A DNA stretch of 64,000 bases from assembly GCA_038087875.1 (NCBI GenBank), contig CM075987.1:23500001-23564000 (forward strand), written 5' to 3'. The position numbers and the translations under genes were made by a program. The stretch's first letter is position 1; every line of letters begins with the position of its first letter. The stretch comes from Malacoraja senta (Eukaryota). Positions 37,412 to 49,420 of the stretch are shown here, in pieces. The notes beneath the pieces are model-generated. The model did no database searches and had not been told where the DNA came from. It saw only the letters and a program-made list of their open reading frames with translations.

Positions 37412-37589
37412 ATGAGGTGGAGTCCACGAGCAGTGCCAATGAGGACATGCCAGTGGAGAAGATAGTGGAGGCAGAGCTGGCTGTTGAGCCCAAGACTGAG
37501 ACTTACATCGACTCCAACCTCGAATGAGCAGCAGCTACACACACACACACACACACACCACAGCTACGGATCATAGTACCGGGAGGCAC
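37412..37589 (+). pseudogene. Inverted partial duplicate of RXRA exon 5 and the start of the following intron
   Basis: atgaggtggagtccacgagcagtgccaatgaggacatgccagtggag...actccaacctc matches the reverse complement of 10069-10179 with 2 substitutions; then a 1-bp deletion, loss of the donor, the CA tract and the intron flank to 9991. Confidence 0.93.
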
Positions 37590-37874
37590 GGTGGTGCAGC
37601 AGTAGAGTTGGGACCTTATAGACCCAGAGACCCGGGTTCAATCCCGACTACGGGTGCGGTCTGTACACAGTTTGTACTTTCTCCCCGTGTTTTACCCAGG
37701 TGCTCCAGTTTACACACACACTCCAAAGACGTACAGGCTTGGAGGTTAATTTGGCTTCAGAAAAACATTGTAAATTGTATCTGGTGTGCCGGATGGTGCT
37801 AGAATGCAGGGATCGCTGGTCGGCACGGACTCGGTGGGCTGAAGGGCTTGCCTCCGTGCTGTATCTCTAAACTA
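37583..37874 (+). mobile_element. HE1/V-type SINE following the exon copy
   Basis: SINE family match with ctaaact tail. Confidence 0.85.
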
Positions 37875-38619
37875 ATGTTCATATCCCACTGAATGCAGAT
37901 GTAAAGCTTGTACGGGATCAACTATACACTGCTATTATAGTTTTGAAACAAGATCTTGTTTATCATAGGTGGGAACATCAAACAAGCAAACCTGAAGTGT
38001 GTGCAACCAATATATATATATACCAACGGGTCTCCTGTCCTAGATGCCCAAATACTCTCGATTACTGTTCCGTAACCAGCGACGATGCCTACCACATATC
38101 CCCTGGCCACACCAAGTACAATATAATTTGTATTTGTTAGTCTGTGTTCAAGATGGCGGTCGGAGGGAGAGTGGACGCTGGCGTTAAATTGCCGCTGCTC
38201 TCTCCTCAAATTGTGCTTCTGATTTTCTTTTTCTTGTGTTTTTGGAAGGAATTCTGTCCTGATTTATGTATTGGTCTTTATAACCTATTTTTTTTAAAAT
38301 TCTGATTATATGTTTTCTATAAATCTCTGTATGGTGTCCTTGAGACCTCGGTATAAGGCGCCCGTAAATAAAATCCATTATTATTATTAATATGACCAGG
38401 TGACTGTGCTCCGACTGCCATTCAGAAACTGAAGTACAACATTCTGGCACAGAAAGTCGTACAGTGCTGTTCTGAGCAAAGAGATGAGCTCCTACCTGAC
38501 TGCTTTGAGTCGGTGGGCTAGTCCACATGCAAGGACTCTGCAACCATACTAAATGAACATGCCACTGCAAACAGAGTGGCATTAAGTGTGTAGAGGATTG
38601 CGTGCCCAAAAAAAGTCAG

Positions 38620-39420
38620 GCCAAGTGTTGCTCCAACTCCATTTACAAGTTTGCAGGTGACACTACCGTAGTAGGCCAGATCTCAAACAACCGTGAGATG
38701 AGAGTGGAGAAAGGAGATAGAGGGGATAGCATCCTGGTGTCAAGAAAACAACTTCTCCCTTAATGTCAGCAAAATGTCGGAGCTGACCATTGACTTCGAG
38801 AAGTGGGATGTGTATAAGCCCAGTCTGCATCAATGGAGCCGTAGTGTTGATGGTCAAGAATCTCGGGATCAACATAGTATAAATATCGCCAACAATTAGT
38901 CTTGGTCCAACCATATCAACCTATAGTCAAGAAAGCACATCAACACCTCTACTTCCTCAGAAGTCTAAGGATACTAGGCACATCACCAATGACTCTCACC
39001 AACCATAAAGAACATCCTCTCACAGATTGGTATGTCAAGAGTGCAAGAAATTGCAGAGTTGTGACTGCAGTCCATCAAGAAACAAGCCATCACCCCGATT
39101 ATCTCGTGTAAGAAAGAACTGCAGATCGAAGGTTGACACTTTAAAATGCTGGAGTAACTCAGCGGGTGAGGCAGCATCTCAGGAGAGAAGGAATGGGCTG
39201 AAGAAGGGTCTCGACCCGAAACGTCGCCCATTCCTTCTCTCCTGAGATGCTGCCTCACCCGCAGAGTTACTCCAGCATTTGTGTCTACCCCGATTATCTC
39301 CATATATCAAATTGCGACCATTACACGTTTTGTAATCAGCACTTTCTCTGCAGCTGTAACACAATATTCTGCACTCTGTTTATTTTCTCTTTGGTACTGT
39401 CTGATGTCATCATTTATGGT
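38620..39420 (+). mobile_element. Degraded Rex1/Babar-like LINE fragment with a nested Penelope palindrome (about 39110-39290)
   Basis: aagtttgcaggtgacactaccgtagtaggc (KFADDTTVVG-like); IVKKAHQHLYFLRSLR. Confidence 0.65.
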
Positions 39421-39499
39421 AAGATTTGCCTGGAGAACATACAAAACAATGTTTTCCAATGTATTTTTGGTGCACACGACAATGATAATAAACGAATAC

Positions 39500-42400
39500 C
39501 AAGTAGTAAGAAATAACTTTGGCTCAGAAGTTCAGGAAGTAGAATCGGGTTGGGTGCGGATAAGAAATAGCAAAGGAAATAAATCATTGGTGACGTTAGT
39601 CTCTAGGCCACAACATCAGAGATTCAATCGTGAAGTAAATTAAGAGTGCATTGTAACTAAGAGTTATTGAATTTAATCTTCATATAGGTGAGCAAATTAA
39701 ATTGACAACACAGCAGTTCTTTGAACGCATTCGAGACAGTTTCCCAGAAAACGGCATGGCGACAGTAGAGCTACTGCCTGCCTTACAGCACCAGAGACCT
39801 GGGTTCAATCCTGACTACTGGTGCCATCTGTACAGAATTTGTACATTCTGCCTGTGACCTGTGTGGGTTTTCACCGGGAACGCCGGTTTCCTCCCACACT
39901 CCAAAGACGTACAGGTTAGTAGGTCAATTGGCTTGGTAGAAGTGTAAATTGTCCCCCTCGTGCGTGTAGGATAGTGTTAATGTGCGGGGATCGCTGGTCG
40001 GTGTGGACTCGGTGGGCCGAAGGGCCTGTTCCCGCGCTGTATCTCTAAACTGAACCAAACAGATTGTGGATGTAATAAAAGAATAGTCTAGTTTAGGTCT
40101 GGTCATGTACACCTTTATAGATGATTAATCAGTGATCTGAGAGTAAAGAATGCTCTGTGAAGACTGGTCAGAACATGACAGAATTTCACATTCAGTTTGG
40201 CAACGTGTTGCATAGGTCCAAAATTACAGTCTTAAACTTAAATAAAGGCAATCACATTGGTTTGAAGGTGGAGCTCGCGAAAATGGTTTGGGATATTAGA
40301 TTAAAAGGAACGAAGCTGGGCAAGCTGTGACAGACAATTAAAGAAATGCATCAGAAGTCTCAAAGATATATATTCTGTCAGACATAAAGACTCGACAGCA
40401 AAGTGGATTCATCTGCAGCCAATTCAAGAAATGAAGAATTGTACTAGAGCGAAAGAAAATATTTATAAATATTATAATAAAAATTGGCAGCGTGAGATTG
40501 GGTAACATTTTTGAAATCAGCAAAGGAAGACTAAAATTAGAGTGCAAGAGTAAACCATCAAGAAAAATAAAACAGATTATCAAAGCAAACGGTAAACATT
40601 GAACACTTAGAAGCCAAGACAAAAGAATTATTAAAGTGGGGTGGGTGGGGAATAAGGAAATGGGAGAGACGTTAAACAAATACTTGCGTTCAATTTTACA
40701 GTATTAAACTAAAAGTGTGTGATGGTAAGAAACAATGGGGCAAAAAAAGGGTCAAGGAAGGTACATATTATGTCAAAGGAGGCAGCCATTCAGCCCATTG
40801 AGTCCATGTCAGCCCTCAGCAGTCCCATTCCCACTTGTTTTACTCGTATGTCACCCATGAACATATTCTCTCAAGACAAACACAAAATGCTGGAGTAGCT
40901 CAGCGGGACAGGCAGCATCACTGGAGAGAAGGAATGGGTGACGTTTCAGGTCGAGACCCTTCTTCAGTCATCCATTCCTTCTCTCCAGAGATGCTGCCTG
41001 TCCCGCTGAGTTACTCCAGCATTGTGTGTCTATCTTCAGTTTAAACCAGCATCTGCCGTTCCTTTCTACACATATTCACTCTAATTCTTTTGCCACTTAC
41101 CACGAAGGGACAGATTACATCAGCCAATGTAGCCTTCAAGCATACACTCATTGTTGTGCCATCATGGCACTTCAAGTATATTAAAGGGACTAAAAGCTGA
41201 CCAGTCCCCTGGACCTGCATCTTCGGCTTCTAAATATGGTGCATTTCCAGGGAATGCAATGGTTCAATCTTTGGGCGCTCCTGCCAGAGAAGGATCTACT
41301 ATCACCCTGTACAATCGCTCGACTCTTTTAAATCTCTTTTCTACCTGCAAGTATAAACGACATTCAACTACAATGATGAGAACTGTATTCTGCACTTTGT
41401 ATCTTCCACTTTGCTCTTTTATCCTTGAGTTTGACGATTGTATTTATGTATATCTGATCTGCTTGGACAGCGTGAAAATCAACGTTTTTCACTGTACCTT
41501 GTGACGTGACAATAATAAACCTAAACCTCTCAAAATTCCCGACATGCTGCAACATTCCCAGTGAATTGGAACATAAGTGTGACACCATGATACAAGAAAG
41601 GAGGTAAAAGAGAAAATAAAGAACAATGGGCCATTTAGGCAAACATCTGTCATTAGGAGGCTAAAAATGCCATCCATTGAGAACGCCCAGAAATTCACAA
41701 CCCAATTACAGAAAATCAAGAGTTTACAAAAGCATATTTGACTAGCTTCATTGGAATCGGTTTGAGAATAATAGCGGGGTAAATGAAGGGGTGGCCCTGG
41801 ATGTAGAGTATTTTACTTTCCTAAAACGTTTGAAAAGTTGCCATATCAAGTGTTACTTAATAAGAGATTTTGTGGTACTGAAAGTATCGGATTCACGTGT
41901 ATTGAGGATTGGCTACCCAGCAGAAAAGAGACAAGAAAGTCATTTTCAAGTTGGCAAGTAATAATTAGTGGGGTGTCACTGGGAGCATTTAAAATTGACA
42001 TTAGTGACTTCAGATGAAGAGAGTTTTATCATATTGTAGACAAAGATAGGCCACAAAGTAAATTACAAAGGCATAGAAAGTCTGCAAAGAGACATACACA
42101 GGTTAAGTGAGGCAGCATGGACAAGATAGACCAAGGGCCTGTTTCTATGCTGTATTACTCTGTGACTCCAAGATGATGGGAATGAGGGAACTGTGAGGTT
42201 ATCTACTTCAGTAGGAAGTACAGGTGGGAAACTGATGAAGATTGGCAAGTAGAGAAATCTGATGGCCCTCATTGAGTTTACAATACTAGCAAGAATATTG
42301 TAAGGATGGCCGTTATTGGAGGATTGAAGTGTAGAAATGAGCACGCGGTACAATTGCTGCAATTGTACAAGGATTGAGTGGGACCCCGCCTGGAGTATAG

Positions 42401-42850
42401 TGTAATTTGCTCCCTTAGTGAAGGAAGGATATACTTTCCTTTAGGCAGGCTGAAAAGGCTTACCAGATTGATTCCCAACGTGAAGGAGTTGTCTTAAGAA
42501 ACAAAAAGGATAGTATCCTCTTTGCAGGAGAGAGAAAATCAAAGTTAAACACACACAACTCAAAGGGATCTTGATAGATCTCCTCCCAGGTGACGGAATC
42601 TGGAATCGGGGAACATAGTCACACGATATAGTGGGATGGAAAGGAATTTATTTTCCCAGGAGTTGCCAATTTTTGGAATTCTCTACCTCAGAGAGCTTCA
42701 TTACTTAATGTCAAGGCTGGGATAGAATTTAGACTTCAGGGGAGACAATGACAGAAAAGTGTTGACCAAAGGCATTTGATCAGACCAGCTATGGTGTTAA
42801 TGAATGGCAAAGTAGAATCGAGGGGCCACACTGCCTCTTCCCGTTGCTAA
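39500..42850 (+). mobile_element. Old, heavily degraded CR1-type LINE interrupted by SINE, Penelope and other inserts
   Basis: Endonuclease-like remnant (ESGWVRIRNSKGNKSLV), LKGLKADQSPGP, RT C-terminal remnants and 3' UTR near 42780-42840. Confidence 0.55.
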
Positions 42851-43729
42851 CATTACATTCCCGCAGCATGAAGCTCAGTACACCTCACCGCAACTCACTG
42901 CAGGAACGCAGGCGTCCCTTATTCAGTGTCAAATGCTGTGGTTAGAGAAGGATTAGAAGAATCCCTGAGCAATACACAAGTATATCAGCCGGTTAAACAA
43001 GTTAAGACACAAATGAATTATATCTCACTGATATGTTTGCTGTCTGAAGCCATTCTGCTGAACTATGCAGTTTGTTTTATGTTGTGTTCAATGCCCTCTC
43101 ACCTCCCAAGCACAAGCTCATTTAAAAAACATATCGAAATGAAAGAGATTAATTAGTTCACCAGAATATGTAAAACAAAACAAAAGAATCGAACAGCAGG
43201 GGGAATGTCAAATAAAGGGCAGCAAAATATTCACAGCAGAGGAAATGAAAAAGATTGACTAGAATTTGGGGTGTGCGAGACACTAAATAAAACACTTATT
43301 TTTATTCACTATTGTACAAGTGATGAGGAATCGGAAAATTATGCATGTTTCTACAGAGGCCATTCAGCCAATTATACTTTGTCAGCTCTTTGGCAGGTCC
43401 ACTACCATGCTAAGTTTGCCAGAATTCTGCATTTTCTTTCCCAGTCATTTACTTCAAACTTTTTTGAGAGCTATAAATGGATCCACTTCCACACTCTTTC
43501 AGTGTGTGCATATTCCAGAACTTAACACCTCATTTCATAGACAAGAAAGATTTCCTTCACAATGGATTGGCTCTAAGTCAATTAACCCAAATCCCCAAAC
43601 CACTGACCGTTCTGGCACTGGAAAAGGCACATCCACTGACATCTCTCAGTGCTGTGCATTCAGGCAGGCAGTTGGGAGACACGACTGCAATTTCAGAGGG
43701 AAAATACTGAAGGGAAATGTTATTTGCTG

Positions 43730-44018
43730 TGGTAGAGTTGCTGCCTTACAGCGCCCGAGACCCAGGTTCGATCCTGACTACGGGATGCAGTCTGTACAGA
43801 GTTCGTACGTTCTCCCTGTGACCGCGTGGGTTTTCTCGAGTGCTCCTGTTTCCTTCCACACTCGAAGACGTTAAGGTTTGCAGGTTAATTGGATTCTGTA
43901 AATGGGAAAAAATTGTCCCTAGTTTGTAGGATAGTGCTAGTGTAGGGGTTGATTGCTGGTCAGCGCTGGCTCGGTGGGCCGAAGGGCCTGATTCCGCACT
44001 GTATCTTGAAAGTCTAAA
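43730..44018 (+). mobile_element. HE1/V-type SINE
   Basis: ggtagagttgctgccttacagcgcccgagacccaggttcgatcc...ggccgaagggcctg. Confidence 0.85.
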
Positions 44019-44585
44019 GTTATCATCAGACATGGCATAAAATCATAAACCTGGGATGAGCCAATAAAATGTAGGCCACATCTACCCATTCAAAGTTGAT
44101 GCAAAATATCCCACAGGTTTCAGGATGTAGGAAAGGAAAGCTCTGGCTACCTGGTCAGTATTTATCCTACAATAATCATCACTTAAAAATACTGTATGAT
44201 CATTATCACATTCACAGCTGCAGGCAAGTTGCTTACCAGATTTTCTACATTGTAACAACAAATATAGTTAATTGGCTCTAAAGCACATTGGTCATAATAG
44301 CTATACAAATGCTACCCCTTTCCCCCCCCCCCCCCCCCCCCGACACACAATGGAGGACCAGATACCTTGCTAAATGTTGCATCATTTCAATTAACTTGTT
44401 TAAATGATATGGTTTAGTTTATTGTCATATGTACCAAGGTACAGTGAACAGTTTTTTGTTAAGTTTATTGTCACGTGTACCGAGATACAGTGAAAAACGT
44501 TTGTTGCGTGCTATCCAGTCAGCGGAAAGACTAAATATGATTACAATCGAGCCACCCACAGTGTACAGATACATGATAACGCAAT

Positions 44586-44785
44586 NNNNNNNNNNNNNNN
44601 NNNNNNNNNNNNNNNNNNNNNNNNNNNNNNNNNNNNNNNNNNNNNNNNNNNNNNNNNNNNNNNNNNNNNNNNNNNNNNNNNNNNNNNNNNNNNNNNNNNN
44701 NNNNNNNNNNNNNNNNNNNNNNNNNNNNNNNNNNNNNNNNNNNNNNNNNNNNNNNNNNNNNNNNNNNNNNNNNNNNNNNNNNNNN
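44586..44785. other. Assembly gap (200 N)
   Basis: Run of N; the round length suggests a scaffolding gap of unknown true size. Confidence 0.97.
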
Positions 44786-46146
44786 CTTTAAGAGCTCTAA
44801 CTAACTCTCTCTTGAAAGCATCCAGAGAACCAGCCTCCACTGCCCTCTGAGGCAGAGAATTTCATACTCACAACTCATTGTATGAAAAAGTATTTCCTCA
44901 TCTCCGTTCTAAATAAGCACCCCTTATTCTTAAACTGTGCCCCCTGGTTTTGGACTCCCCCAACATCGGGAACATCGGGATATGGAACAAACGTGGGCAC
45001 GTGGGACTAGTGTTGCTGGGACATGTTGGCCAGTGTGGGCAAGTTGGGCCTGGTTCCACACTCTGCACTCTTACCTTTGTTCCCAGCCCCCTACACTATT
45101 TGAAAGAAGTGCCGAGGACAGCATCTTGTTTCTCTATGAGGAATATAACAGTGTCTGGATTCATCATTGCATCCAAGTATTGTACATGGTGGTTCTTCCA
45201 TTGAATATAAACTGACAATATAAAAGCAAAGCCTTGTGACTGCCAGACAACTGAATTACAAACAGATAAAGCCGGCAAACTCACCAGGTCAGAGAAAAAA
45301 AAGCAAAGTCCTGGTGGAACTTAGCAGGTCAGGCAGCATCTGTGGAGGAAAAAGACAATGTCACCTTCAAATACCTCAATTTTATGTTGTCTTCCCTTGT
45401 CCAGTGTCTTCCCATCTACATCCAGGCCCCCTCACATGCTGTTCCCCACATTAATAACTTCCAGTTCTTCCCCCCCCCATCTCACCTAATATTCCCCTTG
45501 CGTAGCCTGACCTAAACGCAATTGCCTTTATCGTGTATCTGTACACTGTGGACGGCTCGATTGTAATCACGAATCATCTTTCCGCTGACTGGTTAGCACG
45601 CAACAAAAGTTTTTCACTGTACCCCGGAACACGTGACAATAAACTAAACTAATTAACTAATCCAACAGTATGAAAATAGAATTCTCCGATTTCAATAATA
45701 CCCCCCTAACCCGCTGTCTTTACCCTAAAGCGCCCCCCCCCCCCCCACGCACACACAACCTGTTACGCATATTTGTCCCACCATCCCGGTCACCTTGCTC
45801 CTTTCTCCTCTGACGTGTGCTTACCTGCCTTCCGGGTCTCAAATGCTCCCTCTTTCTCTGCCCCCCCCCCCCTCCATGTCCTTTCACCCATATTCCTCCC
45901 TCCGGCTTTACATTTCACTCCTCCTCCACTTCTTTCCTCATCTCACACCCTTTTGTCTCCCTTTCACCTCTTAGCCCTCGTCCCTTACTCCGCCCACCTG
46001 CCAATCGCCCCATGCCCCCTGACCTGCATCAACCTACCACTTGTGTCGGAATGAACTGCAGGTGCTGGTTTAAATCAAAGGTAGACACAAAATGCTGGAG
46101 TAACTCAGTCACTCACAGGCAGCATCTCTGGAGAGAAGGAATGGTT

Positions 46147-46203
46147 GACGTTTCGGGTCGGGACCCTTCTTCAGACTGATGAGGGGCCTCGACCCGAAAC
46201 GTC
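46147..46203. ncRNA. Back-to-back minimal hammerhead-ribozyme-like cores at the centre of a palindromic Penelope-derived element
   Basis: Plus strand CTGATGA-ggggcctcgaccc-GAAA-cGTC (46176-46203); minus strand CTGAAGA-agggtcccgaccc-GAAA-cGTC (46174-46147). Confidence 0.55.
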
Positions 46204-48989
46204 ACCCATTCCTTCTCTCCAGAGATGCCGCCTGTCCCGCTGAGTTACTCCAGCATTTCGTGTCAACCTACCACTTGGCAGGCTTGTCCCACCCCTACCT
46301 CTCTTACCCAGCATTTTCCCTCCAACTCCAACTAAAGAAAGGTCCCGAGCCACTGATTGTATGCCTTCTGAAGAACGGTCTCAACCCGAAACGTCACCCA
46401 TTCCTTCTCGCCTGTCCCACTGAGTTACCCCAGCATTTTGTGTCTATCCTCCTTAATATCGTCTGTTCATTTCCCTCCACAGATGCCGCCTGACCAGCCG
46501 AGTTCCTCCAGCACTTTGTTTTTTGCTCAAGATCCCACCATCTGCATTCCCTTGTCGCGCAGTTACAGTATCTATGGTGGCTGGGAGTACAGTTAATATT
46601 TTAAGTCGGTGGCCTGTTCTCAGAAGTGCACGTAAGTACAGATGAACAGGTTTTATGTTCTGTGATATAGTGGAAGGCAGGAGAGATTAAATAATGGAAA
46701 GGTTGACAGTGCAAGTTACTACAAGCCTAGAGATGAAAATGTTGAATAATCATCTGAAATTACTTAAAAGCATGTGCTAGGAATGCTGGAAATCTGGAAT
46801 AGGAAATGCTGACGATTCAAAGCTGCCTGTTTTATAGTCGACCCCAAGAAGATTCAAAGATGCTCGGTCAAAGTTCAGCTGCTGTTCCTTGAACTTCATT
46901 GGAGTAATGTAGTACGGTAGGAGGTCAAAGGCAAGAGGCCAGAGGAGGAGTGAGATGGAGAATTAGGTTCTCATTTCTCCTTATGATACACAAGGCCACC
47001 ATTTGGACCATCAAGTATATGCCAGCCCTCCAAACAGTCCCATCAGTTTCATTCAGTTTGAGCTTGCAGTCTGCAGCCTGTTCTGATACGTCCCACTGAA
47101 GGTCAATATAACCTGGAGGAAGAACACTTCAACTATTGACACTGAACTCCATAAATCTCCAACTACTAGGGGCAGCACGGTGGCGCAGCAGTAGAGTTGC
47201 TGCCTTACTGCGCCAGGGACCCAGGTTCAATCCCGACTATCTGCTTATCTGTATGGAGTTTGCATGTTCTCTCCGTGACCCACGTGGGTTTTCTCCAGTT
47301 TCCTCCCACACTCCAAAGACGTGCCAGTTGGTAGGTTAATTTGGCTCGGCATCATTGTAAATTGTCCCGAGTGTGCACAGCTCGGGCTAGATGGGCCGAA
47401 GGGCCCGTTTCCACGCCGCATCTCTAAACTAAACTACTTCTGGCATTCAGTGTTTTTTCCAATCTGTTTCAAATGTTTAGCGTTTGTCTCTTCCTCATTA
47501 CACTTCCCTCCAGCTGCCTTTTGTTAACTCGCGTGTCTTTACCACAATCTTTCAGCTGGCATCACCAACTCTTGCATCAATTAAAAAAACCCCGTGGTAT
47601 GAATACTGATTTCACTAACTTCAAGTAACCCCTGCATTCCTCTCTCTCCATCCCTCCCCCCCACCCCAGACGCACCAGCTTCTCATTCTTACCTAGCAAG
47701 CAGCTAACAATGGTCTGTTTCCTTTACCAAAGTAACTTTTTTTTGGCATATCTTTCATTCATTCGTTCTATATCTCTCCACGTCCATCTATATCTCTCGT
47801 TTCCCTTAACCCCGACTCTAGCCTGAAGAAGGGCCCCGTCCCGAAACGTCACCCATTCCTTCTCCCCAGAGATGCTGCCTGTCCCGCTGAGTTAGGCGAC
47901 ATTTTGTGTCCATCCTCAATTAATCTCACCCGACCAGACTTTCCCTTCAGCTCTTTCCCCACCCCCAACCCACAACTATTTTGCAACTGCAAAGCTGTTT
48001 AATTTCCAGCTTTTCCCAGTGATGAGGGAAGGTCATTGACCTAAAATTCTTGTATCAGTTTTTTTCTCTCCACAACGGAGTCCAAGAAACTACGTCGCCA
48101 ATCCCCCTCCCTTATCCGGTTTCCCAGTACATTGGCGACTGCATCAACGTTAATTTCCTTCTCTTACCGCTGCTCATTTCTTCCCCAACCTCACCTTCCC
48201 ATCACCGACTTCCTTCATTTCTCTACCTTTATGCAGAAAAGCATGTTAAATTCCAAGCAGCGTGGAGATAGTAGATAGTCAGAACCATTTCACCAGGGTG
48301 AAAATGTCAAAGACTGAAGGGCATAACTTTAAGGTAGACAAAAATGCCGGAGAAACTCAGCGGGTGAGGCAGCATCTATGGAGCGAAGGAATAGGTGACG
48401 TTTCGGGTCGAGACCCTTCTTCAGACTTTAAGATGAGAGTGGGCGGCAAAGTTTAAAGGAGATGTGCAGGGGAAATTTTATTTTTAAACAGAGAGAGTGG
48501 TGGGATGGTTATAGAGGCAGATATGTTAGTAGCGCCCGAGAGGCTTTTGGATAGACATGGATATGCAGGGAGTGGAAGGATATGGATCATGTGCAGGGAT
48601 ATAAGATTAGTTTATTTTGGCATTATATTGGGCACAGACATTGTGGGCCGAGGGATCTATTCCTGCACTGCGCTGTTCTGTGTTCGACCTCCACTTCAGA
48701 GGATTGCTTTGTGTCCAATATTCATTAATCCAGCTACTACATTTCATTCTCCCCATTTTATTCCAGCATTCCTTTGGTGATACAGACAAAAATGCTGGAG
48801 AAACTCAGCAGGTGAGGCAGCATCTACGGAGAGAAGGAATAGGTGACGTTTCAGGTCGAGACCCTTCTTCAGACATGTTGTGCTGTTGCTTCCACTCACC
48901 CTCAACTACATTGACAAACCACATATACAAGGATTATCTTCTCACCCGTACCGTATACAGTCTACCCTTGTTGTTATCGACCTCTATGG

Positions 48990-49420
48990 TTTATTTTGGT
49001 TATTGCGGACCGAGGCCTCCGATCGTGGAGTTGGCTGTCGGGTGTGGCGCAGTGAAGCAGTGGGAGAGAGAGCGAGCGGCAAACATCTTGAAGAGCGCCG
49101 CATTGGGCACGGGTTTGCAGCGGCTGCAACAAAGCGAGGTCCCGGGGTGTTAGATGCAGACACAGTGGCATGCATCGCCGCTGCAGCTGCGCCTCCCTGG
49201 CAATAATGCATGCCTCCCGGCACCCGTTGCATCGACCAACCAGTTACCCAACGAGCTGGCGCCACGTGACGGGAGCTTCCAGTTGCGGTAGCGGTGAGAG
49301 CGACGTGAGCACCGGGACCGTTCCTGGTGCACCGCGTGTTAAGCCGGCGGCTCTGTGGCTCCTTGGCCTGGGAACTCCCCCTCCCTTCCCCCAACGCTGC
49401 ATTTCTCCCCACACGGCTTT
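48990..49420. promoter_or_regulatory. CpG-rich segment not repeated in the window; possible promoter or enhancer
   Basis: High CpG density against a depleted background; E-box GCCACGTGAC at 49261-49270. Confidence 0.3.

Noticed and set aside
37412..37536. Exon copy as part of a second functional RXR gene on the plus strand
   Set aside because: Lacks the first 42 nt and acceptor of the exon, has a frameshift and no donor, and no other plus-strand RXR exons were found.
46865..46935. Two imperfect DR1-like motifs (CGGTCAaAGTTCA, AGGTCAaAGGCAA)
   Set aside because: Imperfect and inside what looks like a decayed Penelope fragment; expected by chance.
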